DNA of 64,000 nucleotides, from NCBI GenBank assembly GCA_000934665.2, contig KZ538539.1, positions 1-64,000 of the forward strand, written 5' to 3'. This DNA is from Catajapyx aquilonaris. Its lineage: Eukaryota. This document shows, piece after piece, positions 34,625 through 49,600 of this stretch (its first letter is position 1; the number at the start of each line of letters is the position of its first letter). Position numbers and translations under genes: made by a program. Under the pieces are notes generated by a model. The model was not told where the DNA came from. It saw nothing but the letters and a program-made list of their open reading frames with translations, and did no database searches.

Positions 34625-34882
34625 CAGGGGTTCCCAACCTGTGGGTCGCAACCCCCAAAGAAAAAGGGAGTGAAGGGTTTTCTGGGGGGTCGCCAAGGTT
34701 GTTTTTGCATTAGCAAATACTCAGGCGTGAATAAGTATTTTATAAAGATATGAATTTATTTTGTTTTCTTTACCCTATAAAAATGCATTTTTACACAAAT
34801 GTGGGGGAGGGGGGGGGGGGGTCGCAGGTTACTTGGATATTATAAAAGGGGGTTGCAACTCGAGAAAGGTTGGGAACCACTG
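34625..34882. mobile_element. hAT (Charlie-like) MITE
   Basis: CAGGGGTTCCCAACCT / AGGTTGGGAACCACTG termini; GGGTCGC subterminal motifs; TSD degenerate. Confidence 0.75.
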
Positions 34883-35733
34883 CAGAGAACAAGCCTGAAA
34901 AAACATTTGGAGCAGATGTGGCCAAGGAGTGTAATTACTGCAGTGTAGAAACACCAGGGAAAATTGATTAGCACTAGTAGAACCAAGTGTAGAACAATAG
35001 GCAGAGCAGCCACAAAGGTCTCTAGAAAAATAATTAATCATGTCCATATTTTGTTCAGGGGCAACCTTCATCATCCTCATGCTTTTTAAAGAATCAGTAA
35101 AATACTCTAACATGCCCTGCTTTGCCTCTTTAATCATCTAATCAAGTGAAAAATCAGTTTCATGCAAAACAATTCAGAAAAGAATTTCAAAGAGAGAGTG
35201 GAAGTCCACACCCCATTGGGGGGGNGGGGGGGGGAGAGGGAGAGCGAGAGAGAGAGAGAGAGAGAGCTGTCCTTCCAAGAAGTCCTTTAAAGATTTGAGG
35301 GGTGTGGTGGAAAAACATGATAACTGACATTTTTGTCATTTTTGAACTAAACACCTAGCAACTATGTAAAAGACATGACAAACATTTTGGTATACTCAAA
35401 GTTCACATATCATGCACCAGATGGTAACACAGGCTACATGATAACCAACATGCCATATTTTCAGGCACTTCCTCAAACGGAAAACTTTTAGGTTAGGTAA
35501 GTAGCCTAAAATCCAGGGCAATAAAACCACCTGAAAAACTATGCATACAAAGGAGGCGATGCAGATGACTGACATGACAAACACGGCACAATTACTTTCT
35601 CCCATATCATACTTATGCTTTTTCCTGCCTCATGTGACAAGTTGCAAATTGCTATAAAATAGGCAGGTGTGTGTGTGTGACCTAATTCAATGCTACCCTG
35701 GGGTAGTGGGGTTGCAAAAACAATCCTACCATA

Positions 35734-36163
35734 CAGGGTGTTTCTTACTAGTAGGTCATCCAGCTGCAGTATATTCCTTGGCGCAAACCAAGTCTAAAGT
35801 GTAGTGGGGAGAAATGTCTAGGGACTAACCGGCAACAAAGTAGATGGCCAGACACATTGGCCTACCCCTAGACACCTGCTGTAATACAACTCTTTGTAGG
35901 GAGATCCCCTGGGAAGTGGACTCGCATGCCTTACAGTGGTTTCCTAGGCAGCAGGATATGAGCATGATAATCACTTCTGCGAAAGAGATGATCTCGCAAA
36001 ATCCCATCTGTCATGATCATCACGACTAGGGGTAAGCAAGGTTTCCGGTTGTCTACCTCATTAATGGTTGGTCCCTCAACATATCTGCCCCCTACATATT
36101 ACGCTTGGTTTGGGCCAAAGAATACGCTGCCGGCTGGATGACCTACTAGTATGAAACACCCTG
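35734..36163. mobile_element. Tc1/mariner MITE; relatives at 36236-36518 and 41330-42368
   Basis: CAGGGTGTTTCTTACTAGTAGGTCATCCAGC / GCTGGATGACCTACTAGTATGAAACACCCTG; TA TSD; shared internal GCAGGATATGAG block. Confidence 0.85.
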
Positions 36164-38216
36164 TATAGAAAATTCCAGACCTCGTGTTATTTTGTACAAT
36201 GTAATCCTGGTAGCCACTGTTTCATGACGTGGTCAGGAGACCAACCGTTAACATGGTAGATGACCAGAAACATTGGCCGGTGGTTGCCTAAGGAGCAGGA
36301 TATGAGTGTGAAAATTGTGACTGTTGGAATTTGCTAGATCACCTCTGTCACAGAAGTGATTATTATCACCACTGATATCCTGCTCTTTAAGAAACCACTG
36401 GCCAATGTTTCTGGTCGTCTACCATGTTAACGGTTGGTCTCTCGACATTTCTCTCCCCTACATTTTTGACTTGTTTTGGCCCAAGGAATATGCTGACGGC
36501 CCTCTGTATACACCCTGCCAGGAAAATTTTTAGTCATGCCATCATAATTGAATAAGTTAAAGATAGTAAGATACAATGTTTTATGAATGCATATGAAAAT
36601 GAAAGATTTCCAAGTAAGACGTTATACATACTTGGCCATGACGACTATCTACTTCCTAAATGTGCAGCATAAAACATGCATCATGTGTAAAGCTATATAA
36701 TTATATATATATATATATATATAGAAGTTATACACTGGTATCTGTCTTATTGGTATTTGTCCATTTTAGTAATGTGCATTTAAAAAACAAAACCTACAGT
36801 ACAAAGCTCACATAGTCTCAAGACTGTAGATAGTGTTTCATAGTTCTTCCAACAAGTGGCTGGGATTCTAGGGTTAATCACTTCATGTAGAGGCATCATT
36901 TGGTCTCTGCAGCCTCGTTATGGAGAAAATTACAATAAACAAAAGCATTATGTAACGAGTTAAGTCTTCTCCAATTAAGATGATGGTAAAATGAGGTAAA
37001 GATATTTTCATTGCACTACAGGGGGTCACATAATTTCATGTACTGTACGTACGCAAAGACTTGATTTCAGATGTCTCAACTTGGGGAATTAACATAATTA
37101 TGTAGATTAGACTTTTTGTAATAATAAAAGCTTGCTTCTGAGCTGGTTCTGAGCCGTCTTTACTCGTCAAGCAATATTCAAGCACATTGATGTGAAAAAC
37201 CTTTCCAGGCTGTCATTCCTTTTCGACTTAAGAAGTACGACAAGTGGGGACAACCCTACTTAAACCACGCATAAATCGACATTGTATGAAATCCGATTTG
37301 CCACAATTAGTCCTGAAAAGTTATTCCAATAAGTGAAATAATCGTGCATAGAAACATAGGCATATGCTGAGTGTTCCTTTGTTGAACCCCAAAATGAATG
37401 GTGGCGCCAGGTGGGCGCCATATTGCATAGCATGAGTGAGTTCACCCGGTCCCACCACAGATGGCGCGAAGGTGCAGGTTGAATACCCGTCAGTAATTTC
37501 CCCAAAAATATAATTTAAATAAATGGCGATTAAATGTGCTCGTTGGTGGCCCAGGTTTGAGGCCCAGCATACGGCGTGTGGTGAGCTGGCCCACCTGATG
37601 ATCCGCCTTGATCCGCCCATCGGCGCAGCTTTTCGCGGGAAAGGAGCTGTCTCCGCGCTGGCGAGGTGCAGCCTTCGCGGGAGGTGGGGTAACCAGGGGT
37701 AACCGCTGGCTGGGACTGGGACCGCCGGGACAAGTGTTGGTAGGGCTCAACCGTGGCTCAACGAAGAGGATGAACTGTTGTAGTGACTCGACTGACTCCT
37801 GAGGTGGTTGGATCAGCCCAAAAATGATCGCCTGTGAGTGGTGTACGTGCCATCAACGTGACTGTCGTGGCCTGCTATTATTGGACTGTAATTGTTGTCC
37901 CCAGTTACTGTTACGTGTTTTGAGGGCTGAAGTAAAGTTTACTGCCCATTCGCCATATTAAGTAGGAAACAGTACCAGCTGTTTACTGACACTTTGAGTC
38001 CCAGTTCTGGAGGAGCCCAGTCAAGTAGTTGGCTCCAGCCGCAGCTCTAAATTTGTACACTGAATACATCTGCTAACTTAGTTCATCACTTCATTACCGG
38101 CCCCCAATACACAATAGTGACATATGCTGGAATGAGCACAACAATTGCTAGCCTAATTGTAGATTGTGTTGATTTATGGTTATTGTGTTATCACAGGTAA
38201 CATCAGCTTCAGCAGG

Positions 38217-41200
38217 ATGCTGGATGATACCGACACAGAAGAAGGGGAAAGTGATGCACAGGCCGGGTTAGTATAAGTTAAAGTAATATGACATCGTTGA
38301 TCTGACGAAAGGACGAATTTAACATTTTGATAATTTTACAGGAGAGCCAAAAGAAACCTGAAAACTGCGATACAAATACATAAGACTGTGTTGTGATTTT
38401 CCATTCTCTGATGCCACTTGTCCCATGGGTTCACAGTTTTGTCAGAATGTGACCCAACACTTGATGGTACTGGTGGAGGTCATAATCCAATTTTAGCAAA
38501 AATGTCGAATTCGTCCTTTTGTCAGATTAACAATGATAATTCCTTACTAGATACGGATTGTTCACGGATAAATTTTCATCAACAAGGCTTCCACTTCTGG
38601 AATTCACAGTTCAACTCTGTACCAGGAAATATATTTTTACTTACTGAAAGTATTTTAATGGATTTTTATCCATATGTTGCTTGCGTTGTCCCACTTCTCA
38701 TTTCAAAATCCACTCTCACCGAGTTCGTTACACCAAACAGAGGTGGCCTTTTAGCTCATTTATTGCGTTTGGGCAGACAGTCAGCAATAAAAACAGGTTC
38801 AAAAGTGTCAGTATTCCAATGGCTATAATATGATCATATTCATCTGTGGCTTTTTTTTGTCCGCATTGTTTTTCTATAAAGGCAGCGATATAGAAAATCT
38901 GGACTTCTTCGACTTCCAACTCTGGCCGAAAGCAGGGTCCCCTACATGGTTGCCTCCCCCACCCTAGCCAGGGTATTGTCTCCACGTAGTCCTTATGGGG
39001 CGGCCATATTGGACCTAGATTGCATCCTGCAGGATAGGAAATTGGCAAGCGATTATTTGTTGTTTTTTTCAACTGTTTTTTTTTTCACTGCATGTAGATC
39101 CTATGTGAAGTAGGGCCAATATGGCGGAGAGACAATACCCTGTCTAGGTGGGGGAGACACTCATGGAGGTGACCCTGGCCGAAAGAGGAGACACTCGATC
39201 CCACCCTCCCTACACAATAGAAGGGTCATGTTTGCGGTTGACCATTCCCTCTAGGCACAATAAAAACCGCGAAAATTAGGGTTCCCCAACTTCTAGTAGT
39301 TCTCAAATCAGTCAAATTTTGACAATTACTTTTTGCCGAAAGGTTATAGCTAAATATAAAAATCGGCTTTACAGGTCCGGAGCACCTCATTTTTCCGCAT
39401 TTTTTGGTGCTTGTTATGACATGACGTAAAATTTTACGACTGCATAAATCACTCCCGAATGCAAATGACTTTTAAAAATACTACATTAAGAATATGGGAA
39501 AAGTACAATACACATGGGTAGGAGAGAGGTCAGTTACACTTACACAAAAAAAAATCGGTTCTGCTGTTGTTAGTTAGCGAGAACTTTACTCCCAAATTCT
39601 CTTTATTCCCTTAACCTATAGCAATGGGGGTTATCTCTGACTTGTGTTAGTATGTGTGTGTCTAGAAAAGCTACAGGAGTCATGACACAGGCTACGAAAG
39701 AATCCCCTTTAGCAGCCTCTAAAAAGGCCAACCCCATTGGCCATGCATGAGTGGTATGCTGGACATGCTTGCCCAAGGGGCAGCACTCTGCGGCGCTCAG
39801 AACGAGTTCCTTGAACTTCATAGTTACTGACAAATCAATTATTTTAGAACTGTAATGTAGTGCTATTCAGTTGCTTTTTTGATGAGCAATGTTGAAGAGA
39901 TTTGGATGAAGCCCACCATATGATGAAATATGGAGGTCAAGGTCAACTCCTTTTTTTGTGAGTTTCATGAGTGACCAAGAATTCTGATGTGACCAGAAAT
40001 TTGTGTGCCTATATTTTGTCACATTTTGTCATTCGTAAATTGTGATTTATTTGTCTAATGTGAGAAAATTTAAGAAGCTACAATGGAACCATTTGCAGGA
40101 GAGAAAACTCATTTTTCTGAAGATTCCAATGGTGCATCATAAATGCCACCTGTCCAATATGGACGAAGTAAAGAAGTTAGGGAATAAACAAGATTCCCTA
40201 AATCCTAGAGACTGCAGGCCTCTGGCAGGCCTGTTTTACAGGATAATGAATTATTTTTTCCAGGGAAGCTACTGTCAGTCCTTGACTTGATTAGACATGG
40301 AATATGGTAACTTCTTAGAAGTGATATGGCAGAGGTAGCCTATTTATATTAATGCTGATGAACATTGTTAGGGTCATTAGGGCAGCATGTGGTAGGCAGC
40401 TATGTTCAGAGCCATCAGGCTGCGCATGAATAACACCATTGTCACCTAGTAAAAATTTTCCGTGACTGGTGTAAAAACCAACTTATGTAATGGTGGTCAA
40501 TTTTGGTGGAAAAAAGGACTGATGGTGCAGTTAGGGAGTGGGGCAATGTAGAAGGAATCTGCCTTCTCTGGAGGTGGCCAGGAAAGCCATCTCATAATTT
40601 ATTGCTGCCACTGAACTTCTATTGTAGCCATTTGTACTCACTTTGTTGTCACTTCATTATTGACATTTCTTCTGTTAATGTACAGGTATTCTCAGGCACT
40701 CCGAAGTCTGGGGAGCAACCTGGAAAAGTGTGCCAAGATCTTGCCGCTTAAGAAATTCTTGTCGATCATTCTGGATTCCCGGAGGAATTTAGGATCACCT
40801 GAATACTGTTGGCTGTTTAAGAAGATTATCCGAGGATCTGGATTGGATCACGCCAAAGCTATGCTAGATAAAAGTAAGGTAGCTTTTACATCACATGCAG
40901 GGCATATAAATATACAGTGAACCCTGTCTAGGATAGAGTGGAAACTTGTCCATTACAAAGCTCTTGTTTGGTTGCAGTGCAGGATTTTTATTGTACTTGT
41001 ATTTCTGTTGCACATAATGGAAACTTGTTCCATGCAGAAAATTTTTGTGAAATGGAGTGACTCCACTGGACAGGTTTCACTGCGTGCATGCCTGTGTTTT
41101 GCCAATTTTTCTTTCGATCTTATAATTCATTGATTTGGTTGGAAGTTGCTGGTGGCACACTACAAGCAGCCCTTGACTCACATTTAGCGAAAGTGGATAT

Positions 41201-41535
41201 TCTGCAACATTAGACATAAGTTGATTTTTACGGAACTTGGAGCCTTTTAAATTATGCTTAACCCAGATATGCCGGGAAAAGTTTTTGTTGAATTTTTGAA
41301 CTTTTTTTGTTTCTATTAGTTCATATTAGTTCCAAAATGTAGGGGAGAGAAATGTTGAGGGATCAACCAGATACATTGGCCTACCCCTAGACACATGTGG
41401 CAACACATACAACACCTTTTTGTAGGGAGATCCCCTGTCAGGTGGACCCTCTTACCTTACAGGGGTCTAGGGAGCAGGATATGACTGATAATCATTACTG
41501 ATGGGATTTTGAGAGATCGCCTCTTTTGCAGCCAT

Positions 41536-41584
<49 letters not shown>

Positions 41585-43485
41585 TAATAATAATTTGTAC
41601 CCCGTGCTAGAGCCATGGGCCCTCTTAGTGGGGTGGGATACCACCATATTTTTTTTATTACCTGGAACTCTTGCTTTCGTTTTTACTTCTCGTATGTGGG
41701 GATGGGATAGGGATGGAAGGAAGCGGCTGTGACCTATAATTACGGCCACAACCCCGGAATTTTCCTGGTGAGACCATGGGAAACCACAAAACCACGGTCA
41801 GGGTCGGCGGCCACCGGGATTCGAACCCAGGACCTCCCGATTAGCAGTCGGATACCATATCCCCTCTGCTACCACTGCTTCGGTTTTGCAGCCATGTTTA
41901 TCATGCTCATATCCTGCTCCCTACAAAGAGGCGTCATGTGTGTTGCCACGTGTGTAGGGTAGGCTAGGTGCCTGGTGACCTAATATGATGAGGATAATAA
42001 TTATGGATGTACTCTGTGATAGGCCTCCTTGGGCCTCTTAGGGGTCATCTTTTCGTGAACAGTCTTTAATCATTGCTGTGATGGATTTTGATTGTGGGAG
42101 GAAACAGGAGAACCCCGAGAAAACCCACGCGAACATGGAGAGAGCCCATCGAATCTCGATCCACATAAGTATCCTCTGTCTGATCCGAGGATCGAACTCG
42201 GGCCCTTGGAAGTGGAAGGCTGTGGCGATAACCACTACACCCCTGTTCCGCCCACGTCTACCTAATTACCTGTTGGTCCCTTGACTTTTCTCCCCCCTAC
42301 ATTTTCAACTTGTTTTCGGTCAACGAGTTCTCTGCCTGCCAGTTGACGCTCGAGTATGATACACCCTGAATATTACTGGGGTCACTGTTCTTATTCAATT
42401 GAGGTAGAGGCAGAGCTGGTGATGGTGGTTGAAGTACCAGTAGTGCTTGCCGGTAGTAGTAGTATTGTAAAATTCTGTCACACATACAATCAAGGGAAGG
42501 AATGAGTCTCAGCAGGCAGGTGTGAGTTATTATGCACCACAGTCGGCAATATTTTACATTACCAACTTGTTCCATATATATTCTGTAAATTTTTTGTCAG
42601 AAATATTTTATGTAAGTTCGGATCTACTTAAGTTGGGACTGCCTGTACATTTATTTATTCAGTTTGAAGCAGTTTGGACTTGAGGCTGTCATTGTCAATT
42701 TATATGTATATGCATATTAACTCAAGTTATTTTATTCCCCGTGATAGTTCAGTTTGATGTCAATGGTGGTAAAGCTGGCTCATTGACGCCCTTGATGGCT
42801 TCAATAAAACTACATCAGGTGGAGCTGGTAACCCTGCTGCTGGAAAAGGGAGCTGATGTAAATGCCAAGGGTCCTGAGGAGAAGACCTCTCTCCATTATG
42901 GTAAACTCCATGATTATATAGATATTGCAGTTTTGTTACTTTATAAAGTTGTTATCTGGTAATGTGAGTGTGTTTCCATAATGAACTGTTGTCACCAAAC
43001 TTGATTAACTCCTTCCACAACGGTTGTATTGGGGTGCTGGAAGTAGGTTAAATCGATGGTGATTCTCTCTATAGGAAACCCAAACATTCCTCAATTATTT
43101 TTAAATTATCGTATTGTTCCCTATGAAAAGTGACGTGTACTGTATCACTCAAAAAGATGGAGATGATTTTGCATTGAAACCAAATGCAAAATTGGGAAAG
43201 AATAACCCTTACCGGCGTGTGGGAGGGTGAGTAGTGGCTGGGGGCAGCTTGGCTGTGTTGCAAAGGCAAGGATGCAAGGATTGATTTTTTGGATTTTGGA
43301 AGGGGTATGCTGTACCAACCTAACCTAACCTTCCTTCTAATCAAGTCTAGAAGTTCTAAAAAATTCTGAAAAAGGTACTAGGCATTTAGGCCCTGAAATA
43401 GGCTCTCAAATAGGCCGTAAAAATCGAGCAGGTCCTAATTTATTTTCATTCTGGTACAATATTACAGCCTACTCTTGTCCATAGA

Positions 43486-43544
<59 letters not shown>

Positions 43545-43604
43545 GATATCCTGCGGATGATAAGCCTCCTTTGGCTTTTTAGGGGATCATCTTTTTAATT
43601 AACC

Positions 43605-43644
<40 letters not shown>

Positions 43645-46600
43645 NNNNNNNNNNNNNNNNNNNNNNNNNTTTTTTTTTTTTTACGTTACCCCGTGCTAGG
43701 GCCATGGGTCCTTATAGGGGGGGTGGGATACCACCATTTTTCTTCAATTTTCTATTTTTTCTTCTTCACTCCGGTGCAAGGATGAAAGGACATGGGGAAG
43801 GGATAGGGGATTTTTGGGGAGGGAACATGAGTGCAAGGTGCACGTCTGAAAACGGGTCATGTGCTGTTCCCCAGGAGATTAGGTTGCCAGACACCTCCTT
43901 GGTGCAGGTCAGAGACCCTCCCGACGCAGGTGAAAGGAAAGTTCCCCAGGCGGGGATCGAACCTGGGGCCTTTCACACAGCAAGCCGTGACGTTACCATC
44001 ACGGCCACCACACCTCCCCAACCGACTTTAATCATTGCCTTTGCTGTGATGGATTTTGATAGTGGGAGGAAACTGGAGAACCCCAAGAAAACCCACGCGA
44101 ACACGGAGAGAATCCATCGAAACTCTATCCACATAAGTATCCTCTGTCCGATCCAGGGCTCGAACTCGGGATCGTAGAGGTGGAAGACTGTGGCGCTAGC
44201 CACTCTGCCCCCGTGTCACCTCTTTGTCCATAGAATTTTGTTGCACAGTAACAAACTAACATTTATTCCATATTTTAATTGCTTAGTCGCCTGTTTAACA
44301 ATACATCTTTATATGCTGAAATTGACCTTTCTACGTCACACGAAATAACTGGATCATACTTGAAAATTGAAATTTTATCAACTACCAGTTCATCCTGCAT
44401 GCCTACAGTTTCTTCACCCTTTGCAGGTTGAAGCAGAAGGGACGCCTTGAACAGAAAACCCCCCAAAGCTCTTGAAAATGTTACAGAACGGCGTCAAAAA
44501 GGTGCAAATATGTGCAAATAGGCACCAATAGGCCATTTAGGCTCCATCACCCGAAATAGGCAATTTAAGTTCTATAAAACTACAATTTTTGAGGTCCTTG
44601 TGTTATAAAATGGTTATATATTTTGGTTCCGGTGTTCTGCCTACAAAATAAAAAGTAGGAAAAAACCTAGAAATTAGTGCTTCTACATATCCGGACTGTC
44701 CGGTATCCGGATATCCGAACCTGAATCCGAACCCTCTTCCCAGATCCGCACTATCCGGATAGTGTCGGACGGTCCGGATAGTCCGGTTTTCGGACTATCC
44801 GGATAGTCCGAGTTTCGGATCCGGTCCGGGTAGTCCGGGTTTCAGATCCGAAACTTTGTAACTATCCTACTATCCGGATCTTGGGTTCCGTATCGTGGGT
44901 GTAGGGTAATAAAAAGAGTTCATACATGAACAGTCTCTTCTTTAGTTAGAGAAATGTCAATAATTTCAATTACATCCACAAACCACAACATACATTATGA
45001 AATGAAGACTTTATTATAGCTTCCATAGTACCGGTGAAGGAAAGTGCAGTGTTACCTATAGAGTATAGACGTAATCTAATTTATCAGTTTGACCAAGGTT
45101 TGACTTATTGCATAGATATAAACCGAGAAATAAACCCTACAATCCTAAGCCCACACATGAAAAAAAAAATTAGAAACCCGGGATTGAGAACTGTGACCTC
45201 TAACCGGCGACATACACACCACAGCACACATTCTTTTACACATACAGAAATTCGGATAGAGTCTGACTCTGAATGCGTAAAACGAAAGGGCCACGCGCTA
45301 AGTGACGACTCGTTTTCCGGCGGAAACTGGTTAATCACGTACTACTTTTTGTAATAATTTATTTCTCGCGATAATTTTTTTATGACAATCTTGTAATTGT
45401 CTGCATTAGTACACAGATATATAATGTACCGTATGTGTAATACTTTTTGCAGGTTTGTTCCTCTTGTTCCACGCATGTAGGTGAAAGGTCAAATATTTTG
45501 ACCTTGTGAAAATAACCTTATTTTGGGTTATATTCTCCTCATATTATCACCAGCAGAACCACCACACTCTTGCAAACATTGTGGACACCAACAACACTGC
45601 AATAATTGGATGCCCAGAACCGGAGATACACGCTGAGTTGTAGGGAGCTGTTTGTGAAACTCCTCCATTTTCAACGACGCCAAAGTCTGTGACCTTTGAT
45701 CCCGAGGTGAATCGACATATTCACTCATCCCTTCGTCAAGAGAGCAACCACCAAATTTCATTCATTAAATAATAATAATAAAAAATGGAAGGTGTTTTTC
45801 ATTGCATGATTTGCCATGGAATTAATAGTGGGGTCGCTGAACGAACGCAAGCGAGAGTCCTCCAATTGAGTAGCCCTGCACTATCCGATTTAAACGAGCA
45901 AAATGTGATGAAACACTTAAGTAGCCTACGGTATATGTAGAAACCCGACTTAAATGTATTATTTGAAAAGAAAGAAGCCCTAATAAGAAGGAAAGAGAGC
46001 TTTTCTGCACGGAAATCGAATTAACCTCATGTTTTGACATGGACACTAGGCCTTTGGGACGGACCATTTGACAGGAGGTTTTTACCTGCCTCCAATAAAT
46101 GCGTTTTTAATATATTATGCGAATAAAATATGCTCATTTCTTATAACAAACGTTCGAGCAGAATTGCACTCCCTTCTCTGCTCGGGGCCAGGAGAAAAGG
46201 TCTGGTGTTTAAGAGGGTCTGCAATGACTAGAAACTACATGAGAGCGCCCTCCCTTGGGAAGCTACCCTTCCCCATACGCCCGTGGACCAGGGCGTTGCG
46301 ACAAAAAAAACTGTATGTAAAAAAAATTGCAAAATAAATAAAGGTCCGTGCAATACCTCGAATGAGGTCCGCACTACCCAATTATTATTATTATTATTAT
46401 TATTATAACAAACGTTCGATCCGGATCCTCGGATCCCGATGGGTACAAAGTGTCTCGGACCGGATCCGAAACCCGGACTATCCGGACCGGATCAGAAACT
46501 CGGACTATCCGGATAGTCCGAAGCTCGGACTATCCGGACCGTCCGACACTATCCGGATAGTGCGGATCTGGGAAGAGGGATCCGAAACAGGCTCGGATAT

Positions 46601-49600
46601 CCGAATACCGGACAGTCCGGGAATCCGGATAGATGTTGAAGCACTACTAGAAATCTGTTCTCTACTCATAAATATAAATCAGGCGGCATCAGGTTTGGTG
46701 ATCCTGGCAGCCATAGATTTTGTGAAATTAATCAGTGACCAAGGTCGTCCGTTAAGATCACAGGTACGTCCACTTCGTTGAACCGAATCAGGTTGGCATG
46801 GTGGATAAGGCGTCTGACTGCTAATCGGGAGGTCCTGGGTTCGAATCCTGGGGCCAGCAACCCTGACCGTGGTTTTCTGTGGTTTTCCACAGTCTTTCTA
46901 GGATAATTCTGGGGTCGCTTCCGTATAATAGGCCACAGCCGCTTCCTTCCTTCCCTATCCTTGGAGGTTGAAAAGCAATGCTGGGCCAACCTCCCTAATA
47001 TCAATTAATTCAGTCCACTTCGTTGAGGGGTGTGATGGTTCTGCTTCGATAGATGTAAGTTTCGTCCATGTAAATGCAAAGGGAACCATAGAGTAGTAAG
47101 GAAGTGGTTGAGGTGTGTTTGGGTTTGGGCAAGAGTGTCACCCTGTAGGATAAACCAAAACTTACCTGAGTGGTATTTTATCAGGATGAGCTTGCAGCAG
47201 GAGCAAGAAGGCTTGTTTATGTTATTGTGTAATTTTCTTAAGCAATGTTTAGACTTCAGCAATCCTCACTGGAGAAACTGTTTTTGTAATGCTAACATTT
47301 GGGCACATTGTATCATTTTTGGATAATATGATGGTGTAGTGAGTTTGATCCTCATTTGGAATGAGTGCTAAGAGTTACTGTACAAGTCTGCGTGGCTTTT
47401 CTTTGAAATTCCCATTTCCTTTCACTCAAAATTTAAATAGCATTCCACTTACATGAATATGGCAAGAAACTCTGTGAGATAATTTTTAGTTTCTTTCAGA
47501 AGTTAAAATAACTGGCAGTAACTGAAATCAACATCTTACTCATTTTAGCCTCCTATGAGGGGAATGAGGATGTAATGCGTCACATCTTGACTCCTGAATG
47601 TGATGTGAATACCCAGGATAAATCAGGGGATACTCCATTGCTTATTGCCTGCCGGAGAGGGAATTCAGAGCTTGCAGAAATGCTGCTTGCACGAGGGGCT
47701 CAGCCAGATGCATCAAACGAGCATGGAATGACCCCCTTGCATTATGCAGCTTCCGTGTGTAATTCATCAACCAAGCTCATTCGGCTCTTGCTGAAGAAGC
47801 GGCCGGTGGTCGATATTAATGCCCGGTGAGTATTTTCTCAAGCACCCATCTGTGAATTATACATACAGGAGTCAATTGTCTATACCCTGGGGCTTGGCAT
47901 TTACAAGCCCAACCAATGAAATTGTTTGATCAGGCACTTCTAGTGTCATGGGAAATATCATGGATCACATCAATAACATACAGTTTTACATAAATGTAGC
48001 AACTGAACAATCAGTGTAAGGTCTTACTTGAATGGCCAAAAAGCAAAGAAATTAGGTTGATCTGCAAATTGAAATTGAATGCGGTGAATGCCCGCTGCTG
48101 TCGCACCTTCTTTCCACAAGAACCAGGCTGTCCACCGTTGGCCGTGATATAGTCACCTTCCATCTTGTCCACGCCAGTCTACACCCTCCCGCGTTTCAAG
48201 TGGCACTGTCGCTGACCTGATGCGGTGAATATGACAAACTTTTACAGAGTGTAGGGTACTAGTGGCCCCCCCTGTTGAGGCAAATGCCAACTTCGTGCAG
48301 CCACGTATGCCACGACAATAAATCGAGTGCGGATCTTTTCCGAACGACCCTCGTAGTAACCTAGTCATCTCAACCATATCCTCTTCTACATCATCTGATG
48401 CAAAAGGTTGTTCCTAGAAGGTTACACCATCTTCCAAGTGAAGCAGTGAGAACCAGAAGTTGTTAATTCCATTTTTGCCGTTTTTCAGGAGAGCAGTTTG
48501 AAAGTTTCAAATAATGTTTGACGTACCTTTCGTTGACATTACAGTCTCGTTGGGTAATTTTTCTGTGATATCACTACTATTGTAAGTAGATGTAATGTAA
48601 ATATGGAGTATCTAGTGCCTACACTGCAGGAGAAAAAATAATAAATTCCGTCTTGGACTTTGCAACTTATGGCTTGTAGAAATTTTTATTTTTATTTTTA
48701 ACCACTAAAATGAGGAAATGCAGGGATCTAATATCTCCGAAGTTAATTTTAGTCCCTTTATTAGGCCTGAATGTGATGACAAGAATTCTAAATACATTTT
48801 TTATGAAGGCCATTTTGGACTTATCAACATCTAGCACGAATTTTCTCTTTAGTGCTAAGAGTATCCCGGTCTGAAAAGGGGACTTCTGGCTGGGATAAAG
48901 CATTTTTCTATGAAAGTATGCCTGATAGAGACCTAGAATTTGCCCTTATCTCAAAATCGCCAAAAATGGACTTATCAACTTCTGGTTCTCACTGCTTCAT
49001 TTGCTCAATTTATAACAGCAACCACTGAAAATCCATCTTCGCACAGATATGAAGTCTCAAAGGGAATGAGGACCCTTACGGGTTTTGCACTTAGAATCGG
49101 ATACTTATTTTCAACTGCCAAAACTCCGTCAAATCCGAACAAGCGAATTTTGTTTTCAGGCTGTTGTCACGCGAGAGCTCAAATATTTGATTTTCTTCTT
49201 CTTGCGAAGTGAATTCTTGTGGAGCTTGAGCACGGAATGGATCTTGGATCCACGCAAACTTCTCCACATGGTCTTCTGCGAGGTATTTAGCGAACCAGTC
49301 AGTTAGCTGTGATAGGTGCTCTGTGAAAAGGGTCAACAAGTTATGTGAAATCTTAACTCCACTATGGGCCATATACTGCTGCAATATAGGAAATCTGTAG
49401 TTTTTTTAATGAATGCTGAAATCTTCTCTACAAGCTTCAGTATGTGCATGTTTGCCGTCCTTGGTGGATTAGTGGTTAGTGCGCTCGCCTCTGGTCCCAA
49501 GGTTGTGAGTTCGAACCCGGCCGAGGTCGGTGACTTTTCTCCGGGTGGTAGTGCGCCTTCCTTCGGAGGGGAAGTAAATCCGTCGGTCCCGTGTGCTTGT

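Noticed and set aside
46782..46860. tRNA-like sequences (also near 29700, 49455, 50065, 60495, 62310) as tRNA genes
   Set aside because: Imperfect cloverleafs followed by SINE bodies; most copies have tails and TSDs.
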